Shown here: one piece after another, positions 29,133 through 40,712 of the stretch
Layout of the letters: each line of letters begins with the position of its first letter
Numbering within the stretch: the first letter of the stretch is position 1
NCBI GenBank assembly: GCA_963781885.1
Contig: CAWAHW010000007.1
Span: 480,001 to 544,000 of the forward strand
Length of the DNA: 64,000 bases
Source of the DNA: an uncultured Spirochaetota bacterium
Lineage (GTDB): Bacteria; Spirochaetota; Spirochaetia; SZUA-6; Fen-1364
Direction: 5' to 3'
Translations under genes and position numbers: made by a program
Notes under the pieces: model-generated
What the model saw: only the letters and a program-made list of their open reading frames with translations
The model's database searches: none
Told to the model about the DNA's origin: nothing

Positions 29133-32100
29133 ATGGAAGAAGCGGGATCAGACGTGCTTTCCCTTTTTCACCCGCTCATCCGCGCGTGGTTCCTCGACTC
29201 CGTTGGACAGCCGACCGAGGTGCAGGCGCAGGCATTGCCCGTCATTGCGCGCGGCTCCCACGTTCTTGTCTCCGCGCCCACGGGCACGGGAAAGACACTT
29301 GCCGCCTTCCTCTGGGGCATCAATCAGCTCGTGACGGGTGCCGTGCGCACCGGCAAGGTGCGCATCCTCTACATCTCCCCGCTCAAGGCGCTGAACAATG
29401 ACATCCAGCGCAACCTCCTGTCGCCCCTTGCCGCTCTTGGCGAAGTCTTCCGCGCCGCGGGACAGGAGTTTCCCGGCATCCGTGTCCTCACGCGCAGCGG
29501 CGACACGCCGGCGAACGAGCGCCGACGCATGCTCCAGCATCCCCCGGAGATCCTCATCACGACACCGGAGAGCCTCAATCTCATCCTTTCCTCGCCGGGC
29601 AGCAGGCTCATGCTCGACGGTGTCGCCACGGTCATCCTCGACGAGATACACGCCGTTGCCGGCACGAAGCGCGGCACGCACCTGCTAAGCGGCGTGGACA
29701 GGCTTGTCCGTCACTGCGGCGAGTTCCAGCGCATCGCGCTCTCGGCGACGGTGAAGCCGCTTGCGGTCGTGGCGGACCTCGTCGGGGGCTTCCGCATCGA
29801 GCGCGGCGGAGCCGAGCCCGTCTACCGCAAGCGCCCGGTGGCCATCGTGCAGTGCCCGATGGGAAAGACCTACGATCTGCGCATCGATTTTCCGGTGCCG
29901 GACAGGCCGTCCGCGGAGCCTGGTGACGAGCCGGTCTTCGACGCCCTTGCGCGCGCCTGCCGCCTCATCATCGCCGCCAACCGCACGACTCTCTTCTTCG
30001 TCAACTCGCGCCGTCACGCGGAGAAGCTCGCGCGCTTCATCAACGAGGGCGCGTCGGAGCCGCTCGTGTGGCCGCATCACGGCTCGCTTTCGCGCGAGCT
30101 GCGCCTGGTCGTGGAGCAGCGTCTGAAACGCGGCGAGCTCAAAGGCATCGTCGCGACGAGCTCCCTGGAGCTGGGCATCGACATCGGGAGCCTGGACCAG
30201 GTGATTCTCATCCAGACGCCGTTCACGGTGTCGTCCGCCGTGCAGCGCCTGGGGCGCGCCGGTCACCGCGTCGGCGAGCCCAGCCGCGGCGTGCTCTACC
30301 CCTTGCACGGCAAGGACATCGTGGATGCCGCGGTGACCGCGCGCTGCGTGCGCGAGCAGGACATCGAGGAGATCGCCCCGGTGCTCTGCCCGCTGGACGT
30401 GCTCGCCCAGGTCATCGTGTCCATGACATCGGTGGAGACGTGGAACACCGACGAGCTTTTCGATTTCATCCGTACGAGCTTCCCCTACAACGCGCTGCCG
30501 CGCCGTCATTTCGATCTTGTGCTCGGGATGCTCGCGGGCCGCTACGAGGAGACGCGCCTGCGCGACCTCTCCGCCATGATCTCCTGGGACCGGCTGGACT
30601 CCACCGTCCGCGCGAAAGAGGGCGCCCGCCTGCGCCTGGTGATGAGCGGCGGCACCATACCGGATCGCGGATACTTCAGCCTGCGCGCCGCCGACACGAA
30701 GGCGCTCATCGGCGAGCTGGACGAGGAGTTCGTCTGGGAGAGGTCACCCGGCGACACGTTTGTCTTTGGCGCCCAGGGCTGGCGCGTGCAGAAGATCGAT
30801 CACCAGAGCGTCGAGGTGGTGCCCGTCGAGCCGCGCATCGGCATGTCGCCATTCTGGAAGGCGGAGGAGCGCAACCGGACATTCCACGTCGCGCATCGCA
30901 TTGCCCGGGCGCTGGAGGAATGGAACGACCGCCTGGCAGATCCACGTTTTCCCGAGGAGCTTGCGCAGGGCTACGGCATGGAGCTGCCCGCGGCAGAGGG
31001 GGCAATTGCGTACCTGCGCGGCCAGCGCGACGCCACGGGAGGCGATCTTCCCCATCGACACCACCTGCTTGTTGAGCACACGCGGGATCCCGACGGCGGG
31101 GGAGAGGGCGCGAACATCTTCCTGCACACACTCTGGGGCGGGCGCGTGAATAGGCCCTTCAGCCTCGCCCTTTCGGCTGCCTGGGAGGAGAGGCACGGAT
31201 ACGCCCCCCAGATGTTCCAGACCGACGATTCGATCCTCCTTTTCCTGCCCGACGAGGCATCGGGACAGGAGATCCTCTCCCTCGTGAGCCCGGAAAACCT
31301 GGAGCGCCTGCTGCGGAAGAGCCTGGAAGGAAGCGGCTTTTTCGGCGCGCGATTCCGCGAGGCCGCCGGACGGGCCCTGCTGCTTCCCCGCGCGTCGGCG
31401 CGCCGGCGCACACCGCTGTGGCTCACGCGCCAGCGGGCGAAATCACTCTTTGCCGCCGTTGCCCCGTACGACGACTTCCCCCTTCTGCTGGAAGCGTGGC
31501 GCACGTGCCTCCGCGACGAGTTCGACCTTGAGAGTCTCCGCGCTCTGCTGGCGGAGCTTGGGTCGGGCGAGATCAGGATGACGGAGGTGAGCACCCCGGC
31601 GCCTTCCCCCTTCTGCGGCGAGCTTGTCTGGCGGCGGACGAACAGCCAGATGTATGAAGACGACACGCCGCCGGGCGCCGGCGGGACGGGGCTCCGCGCC
31701 GATCTCGTGCGGGAGCTTGCGCTGTCCGCCGACCTGCGGCCCCTCCTGCCGGCCGCGCTTGTCGCGGGGTTCCAGGCAAAGGCGCAGCGCACGGCGGAGG
31801 GCTATGCCCCGCGCGACGCGCGGGAGCTTCTGGACTGGGTGAAGGAAAGGCTGCTGGTGCCGGCGGCGGAGTGGGAGACGCTCCTGACCGCCTGCACGCG
31901 GGATTTCGGCTGCGCGCGCGGGGAGCTTCTCGCGGAGCTCGGGGAGAAGATCGTCGCGCGCGCGTTCGGTGACTCCGCCGGAACCTGTGTCGCGGCGGCG
32001 GAATCCGTTCCCCGGATCGCGCGCGTCATCGAAGGCGACGATGAACCGGCAATGGCCGGTCTCCTGGGCGAATGGCTGCGCTTCTATGGACCGGTGGCCC

Positions 32101-33501
32101 CTGTCTTTGCGGCGGAGGTCTTCGGGCTCGCGCGGGAAAGGCTGGATGCCATTCTGGAGGACCTCGTTGAGGAGGAGCTCGTCGTTGTCGACCGGCTCAT
32201 CGAGGGGTCGCCGGAAATCCTCCTCTGCGATCGGGAGAACCTGGAAAGCCTGCTCCGCATCTCCCGCGCGCGCGCCCGGCCGGTTGTTCGCAGCCTGCCC
32301 CTCGAAAGCCTTTCCGGGTTTGTCGCGCGTCACCAGGGGGTCGTGCCGCGCGGGAAGAGCGTGGAGGAGATGAAAGACGCCTGGGAACGGCTCTTCGGCT
32401 ATCCTCTGCCCGCGCATCTGTGGGAGGAGGAGGTGCTGCCTGCCCGTCTTGCGGGCTACCGGACCCAATGGATGGATTCGCTCCTTGCCGAAGCCGGGCT
32501 CCTGTGGCTCGGCTGCGGCCGCCGGAAGATCACCTTCTGTTTTGCCCCGGACGCCGAGCTCTTTCTCGATGGCGACCGCGGCGCCTCCGCGCTCCTTCCC
32601 TCGTCGTCCGGCAGGTATTCATTCTGGGACATCGTGGACCACGCGCGGGCGGGAGCCGGGGTTGCCGCATCCACGCAGGTCGCGGCGCAGCTCTGGGAGG
32701 AGGCGTGGAAGGGGCTCGTGTCAGCCGATTCATTCAAGCCCGTGCGTCGGGGCATCTCCTCCGGCTTCCGCGCGGAGGAGCCCGCGCCGGAGGACGGCAG
32801 GCGGCGGAGGAGCTTCGACCGCTGGCAGGCGTCCCGGCCGGGCAGCGGCTTCTGGTTCCGCCTGGAGACTGAGACCGCCGCGCGTGACGCGCTGGATGAA
32901 GAGGAGATCACGCGCGACCGCATCCGCCAGATCCTGAAGCGCCACGGGGTCGTGTTCCGCGAGATCCTGGAAAACGAGCTGCCGGCCCTGCGCTGGTCGC
33001 GGCTCTTCCGAAGCCTCAGGATCATGGAGTTTTCCGGCGAGGTGGTGACGGGCCGTTTCTTCGACGGGGTGCAGGGTCTCCAGTTCGCCCTGCCCTCCGT
33101 GCTGGAGGAGCTTGCCGCGGCGCCCGATCCCAACGCGGTCTGGTGGCTGAACGCGGCCGACCCGGCGAGTCTCTGCGGCATCGACATCGAGGGGCTGAAG
33201 GGGACCCTCCCCACGCGCATTTCCACGACGCACGTCGTCTTCCAGGGAAGCGGCGTCGTGCTCGTGTCGCGGCGAAGGGGGCGCGAGCTCGATTTCCACG
33301 TCCCTCCGGACGCCCCGCGCATCCCGGACTATCTCTCCTTCGTGGAGACGCTCACGAGCCGGGAGCAGCGGCCCATGAGCTCCGTGCACGTGGAATCGAT
33401 CAAATGGGCTATCGGCCGGTGAAAGCCCTTACAGGGCCCGACTCCTCGATTTCGGATTCCAGGCCGATTACCGCGGGCTTACCTGGCGCGCGAAAGCCTG
33501 A
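29133..33501 (+). CDS. lhr: Lhr-family DEAD/DEAH-box helicase, frameshift near 33402
   Basis: APTGTGKT, SPLKAL, DEIH, LSAT, HHGSL, SSLELGID, QRLGRAGH, GGTIPD. Removing one A at ATCAAATGGG gives an Lhr-like end ESINGLSAGESPY..LLDFGFQADYRGL..* at 33501. Confidence 0.9.
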
Positions 33502-33558
33502 CCGAAAAGGAAGCCCCACGGGGCTGGTGCCGGACGCGTTTTCGGGGCACGATGGGGC

Positions 33559-34032
33559 ATGCGCTTTCCATGGACAAGGGACAAGGCCGGCGTCGTAGCG
33601 GTGCAGAAGACGGGCAATCCAGCCGACGCGGAGCCGCCCGCGCCCGGAGCGGTCATCCACACGTCTGACAAGGGATGGCTCACGCGGCTTGCAAAGGCAT
33701 ACCGCGCACGGACACCCGTGCAGCTCGTCGACGACGCGAATGTCGGCATCGATCCCCAGAGCCAGACCCTCATGGCAATGGGACTGAGCGCACGGCTTTC
33801 CCCGACCGACTGGGTGGCGGTGGGAGTTTCTCTGGGGCTGAGCGTCGCAGGTGTGGGTTTCGTCGTGCTCGCCGTTTTGGACCCCGAGCCGACGAGCAAG
33901 CTCGGCCTGCTTGTGGGCGGCGGAGCGCTCTGCGCGCTCACCGGCGGGGTATCCGCCGTCGGCATCCTCATCCGGCGCCGTCCGCCCAATATCCAGGTGG
34001 ACGGGAAAGGCTTCAAGATCTCCTGGGACTAG
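33559..34032 (+). CDS. Hypothetical membrane protein (DPEPTSK motif)
   Basis: 157 aa; two Gly-rich hydrophobic helices flanking DPEPTSK. Confidence 0.7.
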   Translation: MRFPWTRDKAGVVAVQKTGNPADAEPPAPGAVIHTSDKGWLTRLAKAYRARTPVQLVDDANVGIDPQSQTLMAMGLSARLSPTDWVAVGVSLGLSVAGVGFVVLAVLDPEPTSKLGLLVGGGALCALTGGVSAVGILIRRRPPNIQVDGKGFKISWD

Positions 34033-34036
34033 CGCA

Positions 34037-34133
34037 GCCACGGTAGTCCGTGGCATTTGCGGCCACGGGCTCGCTTCGTGATCCGTGCACTCGCTCGCCC
34101 TCGGCATCCTGCCTACGGTATGCCGTGGCATTT
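34037..34133. repeat. REP-like palindromes, copies 2-3
   Basis: GCCACGG-TAGT-CCGTGGCATTT (34037-34058) and CCTACGG-TATG-CCGTGGCATTT (34112-34133) between convergent genes. Confidence 0.7.
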
Positions 34134-34194
34134 CGCGTGGCCACTTTACGTCGCGGCGTTCCCGCGCCCTTCCCGCCCGACCCGGGGGCGCGGC

Positions 34195-34842
34195 CTACAT
34201 CCTCATGCGCATGCCGAAGCCCATGCCGAAATTGCGGCCCATGAAGCCGAAGTTCGGTGTGAACGTGATCTTGCCGTCGGCGATCTCCTTGCGCGCATCC
34301 CTTGACGCGTTTGCCGCGGAGAGGTACCGGAGCATTCCCTGCAGCAGCATGCCTCCGGCGAGGATGCCGGCCGTCGGCAGGTAGTCGAGCACGGTGTGCA
34401 ATTCCCAATCACTATTGATGGTCGAAATCGGCGTCGTGAAGTAGTTGAGCTGGTCGAAACGCAGGTCGTGTGGAAGGGCATAGTATCCGCCGACCAGCGC
34501 ACCCGCGAATATCGCGAGGTCACCAAGGAGGAACAGCGAGCCGCCCAGCGCGTCGCCGGTCATGAACTGCCCGGCTCCGGGGAACATCAGTGACGCGAAA
34601 AGCGCCTTATGGACGTAGGCAACCTTCTGTTCGGCGATGGAAATGCGGGACGCCACCTTCACGATGTCTCCAACGGCGAGGGTTCCAAGCTGTGCCGTGG
34701 ACATGTCCTGGAGCGCCGCGTTCAGCTCGGCCTGCATGTCGGCAGGGGTGGGTGCGGGTGCCGCGGGTGCCGGTGCATCCTGGGCGCTTGCCGCGGATGC
34801 CGCCACGAGGGCCGCCGCAAGAATGACGCAAAACCTTTTCAT
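34195..34842 (-). CDS. Secreted/membrane protein, DUF5683/P13-porin-like
   Basis: GGAGG RBS; signal peptide; ALFASLMFPGAGQFMTGDALGGSLFLLGD; C-terminal NFGMGFGMRMRM. Confidence 0.6.
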   Translation of the reverse strand: MKRFCVILAAALVAASAASAQDAPAPAAPAPTPADMQAELNAALQDMSTAQLGTLAVGDIVKVASRISIAEQKVAYVHKALFASLMFPGAGQFMTGDALGGSLFLLGDLAIFAGALVGGYYALPHDLRFDQLNYFTTPISTINSDWELHTVLDYLPTAGILAGGMLLQGMLRYLSAANASRDARKEIADGKITFTPNFGFMGRNFGMGFGMRMRM

Positions 34843-34926
34843 GAGTACCTCCAAGGACAAGATACCGTCGCCCCCGGGTGGCGGCAACGCGCGGGTGGTG
34901 CGGGGAGGGATCGAGAAGATTTTTTG

Positions 34927-36541
34927 CTATCGGGAGATCGGCAGCGCGAGAGTGAAGGTGGCGCCCGCGCCCGGGCTGCTTGTCGCCTCCAGCGTTCCCC
35001 CGTGGGCGCGCGCGACGCTCTGCGCGATGGCGAGGCCCAGGCCGACGCCTTCAGCGGTCGCGTTTTTTCCCCGGTAGAATCTGTCGAAGACGAGCGGGAG
35101 CTCCTCCGCGTCGAATGCCCGGTCCGTCGTCACGGACGGAGAAACTGGCGCTGCCGTTCACGCGCGCGGCGCTCACCATGACGGCGCCCCCCTCGGGGAC
35201 GAACTTCACGGCATTCGACACGAGATTGGCGAGCGCGAGCTCGACCCGTTGCCTGTCGCAGACGAGCGCGAGGCCGGGCTCGACGGGAGTGACGGTGAGG
35301 GCGATCCTTTTTTCCCGCGCCCGCGCGCGGGACGCGGCGACGGCGGTCTCCATGATGTCGGCGGCTGCATGACGACCCAGGGAGAGACCGCCTATCCCCG
35401 CGTCCAGGCGCGAGAGGTCGAGCAGGTTCGCCGTGATCCATTGGAGCTTGCCGAGCTGCACCTGGCTCTCCCGTAGGAACTCCTGTCGGGCGCCGGGATC
35501 CTGCGCCGCGCTGCCCTGGAGGAGCTCGTTGAACGTCGACAGCGCGGTGATCGGCGTGCGCAGCTCGTGGGAGGCATCCGCCACGAAGCGTTTCAGAGAG
35601 TCGCGCTCCATGCGCAGGTCGTGGAAGCTTTTCTCCAGGCTCTGCGCCATGGCGTTGAACTGACGGGCAAGGGCGCCGATCTCGTCGCGGCGTTTCGTGG
35701 AGGCGCGCGCCGTCAGGTCGCCATCCGTCATGCGGCGCGCGGTGCCCGCGAGGCTCCGCACCGGGTCGCTGATGGTGCGTCCGAAGAGCAGCCCCGCGAC
35801 CACCGCAACGAGGAGCGCGCCCAGGCCGGACAGCAGCACGGCCGTCCTCATGGGTCCCAGCGCCTCGCTCGCCATGTTGAGAGGGCTGGACATTTCCACC
35901 CAGCCCACCGGCGCATGCGGATCGCCGACGGGCAACGTCAGGGCCATGATGTGGCGGACGGGCGCGGGCCGCTCACCGGGGAAACGCCCCGTGCCCATGT
36001 CGCTTTCGAAGATGAACCGGCGACCCCACGGGGTGGGCATCCGGCGGGCAAAGACGTAGGTGGTGCCCAGCGGCAGCTCGCGCAGGAGCGGCAGCAGGTC
36101 GCCGGGCCGCACGAGGGCACCGCCGGGCTGCTGAGAGGGGATCGGGATGATGATGGGCAGGGAGGGGCTGGGCTCGTGATCGATCTCGGATCGGAACTCG
36201 GAAAGACCGGAGGGGATGAGCCAGATGAAGTCATCCGGCAGCCCGGGATCCCCCGAGTCGGCGATCACGGCATGCTCCGTGTCCATGATGCGGACGCGCG
36301 CGTCACCGAGGAACGCCGACGTCGAGGCGAGCTCCTCCAGCGCGATCCGGCGCGTCTGCGGCGCGAGGAATCGCTGCGCGAGCCCGGCGATCTCCTGCGC
36401 GTTCGACTTCAGGTACCCGCTCTCCTGCCGCCCCACGTAATTCTGCACGATCGTGAGAGCGAGCGCACCCATGAGGGTGACGGAGAGCAGGACCAGAAGC
36501 GCGTAGGTCGCCGCGAGTCTCCACCGGATCGACGTGAACAA
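34927..36541 (-). CDS. HAMP-domain membrane sensor histidine kinase, frameshift near 35114
   Basis: Two TM helices, RRDEIGALARQFNAM, ADASHELRTP, NLVSNAVKF, DDGPGI then FDRFYRG..GVGLGLAI in the next frame; one extra base in GGCATTCGAC. Confidence 0.92.
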
Positions 36542-36556
36542 GCTCCTTCCTCCTCC

Positions 36557-37705
36557 TTAAATGGTCGGCGGATTCTGCGCCGGTGTCGAGGGCGCCGCCG
36601 GAGGGGCTGAGGGGGGAGGCGCAATCTGTCCGTCCGGTCCGTGGAAGGCGCGCATGCCGGGCATGACGCTCATGGAGAGGCCCAGCCATGCCTTCGTCGC
36701 GTCCTTCGGGCTCGCACCCAGGGTGACGGTGACGTCCCTCGCCGTGCCGTCCGCCATGCCGGAGAGCGTGAGGGTCAGGCTGTCGCCCGGCTTGTGCGCG
36801 CCCACCGCGTCGACGACCTGCTGCGGATCGCTCACCGCGGCTCCGTCCACCTTCGTGATGATGTCGCGCACGGCGATCCCCGCCTTTGCTGCCGGGCTGT
36901 CCGCCGCGACGTCCGCGATGACGATGCCCGGGATCATGCCGGGGCCGTAGCCGCCGCGGCCGGGCATCATCGGGCCAACGGAATACTGGACGCCGAGATA
37001 CGGTCCGTCCTTCGACGGGTTTTTCTCCAGGGCGACCTTCACGTCACGGGCGGCCTGGCCCGGCGTGCTCACGGACAGGGTGACCGTGTCCCCGACCTTC
37101 TTCGAGCCGATCAGGTCCCCGAGCGCGTGCGCGGCGTCCACGGCCGTGCCGTCGACCGACAGGATCACGTCGCCCTGCTTCAGGCCCGCCTTTTCCGCCG
37201 GACCCCCGGCGACGACGCCTTCCACCCAGGCGCCGGTGAAGGGGAACCGTCCGCCCGGTCTGAAGCCGCGCATGCCGCGGCCCATGCCCCCACCGTACAT
37301 CCCCGGCCCTCCGGCAATGGAGATGCCAAGCCTGCTCCCGTCCGCGCCGAGTGTGACGCTGACGGTCTTTGTCGCATCGCCGTGCTGGAGCTTCAGGGAG
37401 ACCGTGTCGCCCTGCTTTTTCGCCGCGACGATCCTCTGAAGATCCATCGGGGTGTTGATCGCCGTTGCGTCCGCCGCGAGGATGATGTCTCCCCGGGCCA
37501 CGCCGGCCTTCTCCGCCGGGCTTCCCGGCTGGACCGCGAAGACAAGAATCCCGGGCGCGGCCGGATTTGCCGCCGCCGTGGCGCCCGCTTGCTGCTGGTT
37601 GGTGCTTTCCGCTTTCGGTTGCGCGAATCCCGCGGCTGCCCCGAGTGCGATCAAAAGCGTCGCCGCGGCAGCCACGCGCGAGAGCGCGCGAATGGTGAAT
37701 CTCAT
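36557..37705 (-). CDS. Secreted tri-PDZ-domain protein without a protease domain
   Basis: Signal peptide; three G(I/A).V..V..(G/D)(S/G)PA.KAG...(G/R)D.I repeats separated by Gly/Met-rich linkers; Pro-rich tail. Confidence 0.88.
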   Translation of the reverse strand: MRFTIRALSRVAAAATLLIALGAAAGFAQPKAESTNQQQAGATAAANPAAPGILVFAVQPGSPAEKAGVARGDIILAADATAINTPMDLQRIVAAKKQGDTVSLKLQHGDATKTVSVTLGADGSRLGISIAGGPGMYGGGMGRGMRGFRPGGRFPFTGAWVEGVVAGGPAEKAGLKQGDVILSVDGTAVDAAHALGDLIGSKKVGDTVTLSVSTPGQAARDVKVALEKNPSKDGPYLGVQYSVGPMMPGRGGYGPGMIPGIVIADVAADSPAAKAGIAVRDIITKVDGAAVSDPQQVVDAVGAHKPGDSLTLTLSGMADGTARDVTVTLGASPKDATKAWLGLSMSVMPGMRAFHGPDGQIAPPPSAPPAAPSTPAQNPPTI

Positions 37706-37751
37706 GCATGTACCTCCGAAGAAAAGCTATCATTCCATGGTTACCGCTGCT

Positions 37752-37777
37752 TTATGAGGCTGTTAATGTTCGTTAAC
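37752..37777 (-). promoter_or_regulatory. Putative OmpR-family direct-repeat binding site upstream of the PDZ gene
   Basis: Minus strand GTTAAC-gaac-ATTAAC-agcc-TCATAA, 10-bp period. Confidence 0.45.
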
Positions 37778-37812
37778 ACCCGACGCGGGTCTTTGGAAGG
37801 GATCGGATCAGC

Positions 37813-38532
37813 CTAGCGGGGCGATTGCGTAAACATGTAGCCCGTCCCGCGCACCGTGACGAGCCATCGGGGCATCGCGGGGTCCTTCTCCAGCTTCTCG
37901 CGGAGATGCCGGACATGCACATCCACCGTGCGCTGCGAATCGACGCTGCTGTCATACCCCCAGACGATCTCCAGGAGCGAATCGCGGTTGAACACCTGGT
38001 CGGGGTGCGTCACGAGGTGCCGGAGCAGCCGGTACTCCGTGGGAGTGAGGAGCACCGTCTGCCCCGCGCGCTCGACGCGCATCCTCTGGAGGTCCACGAC
38101 GACGTCGCCGAAGCCGACGCGTTCCGCCCCCGTCGTCGCGGCAAGCTCGCCATACGCGCGTCGGAGCGCGGCGCGCACCCGGGACAACACCTCGCGGAGG
38201 GAGAAGGGCTTCACGATGTAGTCGTCGGCGCCGAGCTCCAGGCCGAGCACCTTGTCCACCTCTTCGTCGCGCGCGGTCACCATGAGGATGGGCAGGCCGT
38301 GACCTTCGTCGCGAAGGGTCCGGCACACGTCGAAGCCGCTCATGTCGGGGAGCCTGATGTCGAGAAGCATGAGCTGCGGTGAGGGCCCGCCGCCGCCGCC
38401 CCGGACCATCGCCAGCGCGGCGGCGCCCGTGGGCGCGACGAGCACGGTGAAACCTTCCGCCTTCAGGCCGTACTCCAGGCCCCGCGCGACGGACGGCTCA
38501 TCCTCCACGACGAGTATCGTTTCTCCGGGCAT
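37813..38532 (-). CDS. OmpR/PhoB-family response regulator
   Basis: LVVEDE, LLDIRLP, GADDYIVKPF, RTVDVHVRHLREK, TVRGTGY. Confidence 0.96.
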   Translation of the reverse strand: MPGETILVVEDEPSVARGLEYGLKAEGFTVLVAPTGAAALAMVRGGGGGPSPQLMLLDIRLPDMSGFDVCRTLRDEGHGLPILMVTARDEEVDKVLGLELGADDYIVKPFSLREVLSRVRAALRRAYGELAATTGAERVGFGDVVVDLQRMRVERAGQTVLLTPTEYRLLRHLVTHPDQVFNRDSLLEIVWGYDSSVDSQRTVDVHVRHLREKLEKDPAMPRWLVTVRGTGYMFTQSPR

Positions 38533-38588
38533 CGACCGATTCTACCACGGCGCGGCGGGGCCGGAAAGCAAGCCGCCTGTCGCCGCGT

Positions 38589-40712
38589 TCAGCGTTTCCA
38601 TTCCGCGCGGGCGACGGGCGCGCCCGACCGCACCGCGCTCGAGAAGCTGTCGAAACTCAGGAAAAGGTAGAGCCCGATATCCTTTGTCGGGTCGAAAGAG
38701 CCCGGCGCGGTCGTGCTCACCGCGGCGCTCACGCCGATGCCCAGCGGCAGCGAGTAGCCCAGCACGGCGATCCTGATGGTGACGTCGGCCCCGACGAAAA
38801 CATCGGGCACGAGCGAAAAGGCCGGCGCCGTTGCGTCGAAGTCGGCGAGCGCCTCCGCGTGCATGCCGACGCCCACGCCCGTGAGCGCGAGCCAGTACGT
38901 GAGCGGCTGATCGAGCAGCGCCACTGGCATCATGTAGTCGAGGCTCGCGAGCATTCCGCCGGGCAGCGTGCGCACGCGCGTGGGGAAGCCGCGCGGCACG
39001 CTGAAGTCGTCGCCGTACTGGGCAAGTGGGCTGCCGAAGTACTGGACCGCCTTCAGCCCGAGCTTGATCACCTGGTGGGCAAGCGGCGAGGGGATGTTGA
39101 CGGAAGCGTAGAGAAGTGCCTGTTCCTGGAATGCCGTGAGGGAAAGCAGGGGCAGGAATGTCGTCCCCTGGACAATGAGGTCGGCAGCGGCCGGCGGGCT
39201 GAAATCGATCGCACCGCCGCCGCGCGTCCACTGCCACCGGACCGCAAGCGGCACGGAAAGCGCGGAAAGCCAGTATGACGCGGAGGCCGCGAGCGAATCG
39301 GCAAAGGCGAAGCTGCCGGTGGAATCCAGCTCCAGGGAATGGGAAAGCCCCAGTGCCAGGGAGAGGGCCTGCCCTCTGTCGAGACTGCTGTGACCGACGA
39401 TCGACCACGAAAGCACGGCGCGGCTTGCAAGCGACTCCGACCAGGAGCCTCCGACATACCCGTAGCTCAGGGCGCTGGAGACGTCGAGGTCGACGGGTCC
39501 GAAGCTCAACGTCCAGGTGAGCGACGCCGCGGGCTGTGCAGCGCTGGCGACCCATGCGGCCATGAGCTGCCAGCTCGTTCCTCCCATGAGCGATCCGCCG
39601 ACCGCCTGGACGCCCACGCCGACGGCTTGATCCTGCGCGGCCGGTCCGATCTGGCCGAGCGTCAGCCACGGGTACCATAGCAGGGGAGGGGCCCAATCGA
39701 CGTAGGGCGTGCCGCCGATCGTCGCACCGGACCACGCGACAACGGGCGGATAGGGCTGGGCCGGGGGGACCTCGATGGGCTGCGTCATCCCTGCGGCCAG
39801 CGGCGCACTCTTGATGCAGAAGCCGTTCGTCGAGTAGCTCGTGTAGAGCAGACTGTCGCCGTCGGCGACCCCGGCGATCGCGGCCACGGGATCCTCCTGC
39901 TGCAGCGTCACCGCGCCCGTTGCCAGGTCGGCGCGGTAGATGGAGAGTGAGCCTGACCGGTCAGACGTAAAAAGGAGCGTAGAGTCGTCGCGGAAGGAGG
40001 GAAAATACTCCGCGGCGGGGTCGGGCCCGATCACCGGCAGGGGGACGTCCTCGTTGACGTCGGCGACCGCGGATGCCGGGTCATCGAGCGGCGCGGATCC
40101 GGTACGACGACTGTTCAAGGGAGAAGAAGCTTCCTTCCTCCGCTGCCGCCTTTGTGAATATCTCGAAAAGCGGGTTGCGTCCCCGACCCCCCTGGCTGAG
40201 CTGCGTCTCGTCGTAGACGGCAGGCCCCTCCACGGCCCAGCCCGGCAGCAGCGCGATCGCGAGGCCGGCTGCATCGGCGCCGAAGACCAGCGACAGGGCG
40301 TGCGGGATGCCCCGCGCGTAATTTTCGTGCACGAAATGGGTGAGCTCATGCGTGAGGAGGACGCGCAGCCAGCTTTCGGTGCGGGCGCCGAGGAAGTGAT
40401 CGATAGGCGCGGTGAGATACAGGTCGATGCGGTCCGGCACCGACATCGTCACGCCATTGGCATCGTCACGCCTTCCCCTGATGACGCAGGGAACCTTCGC
40501 CGGTCGGGAGTCGAGGAATTGCGTCACCTTGTCGTAGACGTCCTCCGCGAAGGTGAGGAGCTCGTCAACGGACGCGCGGTCGCGCGGTCGCGCGGCTCGT
40601 AGATGAAGAGGAAATGCCTCGTCTCTGCCTTCTGCCAGCCGTCCGCGCATGAGACCGCGGGGGAAAGCAGCACGATGAGCACGGCGAGCGTCATGATGCG
40701 TGGCGCCCTCAC
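38589..40712 (-). pseudogene. Disrupted surface protein: zincin-like (HELTH) N-terminus, TolB/PD40-like propeller remnant, beta-barrel-like C-terminus
   Basis: Spread over three frames: signal peptide + WQKAETRHFLFIY; LLTHELTH..PGWAVEGPAVYDET..GGRGR; LLFTSDRSG... Breaks at about 40585 (8-nt duplication) and about 40100. Confidence 0.65.

Noticed and set aside
29133-33501. Large helicase as an anti-phage defence system
   Set aside because: Ordinary Lhr DNA-repair architecture with host-like composition and no nuclease, methylase or mobile-element neighbours.
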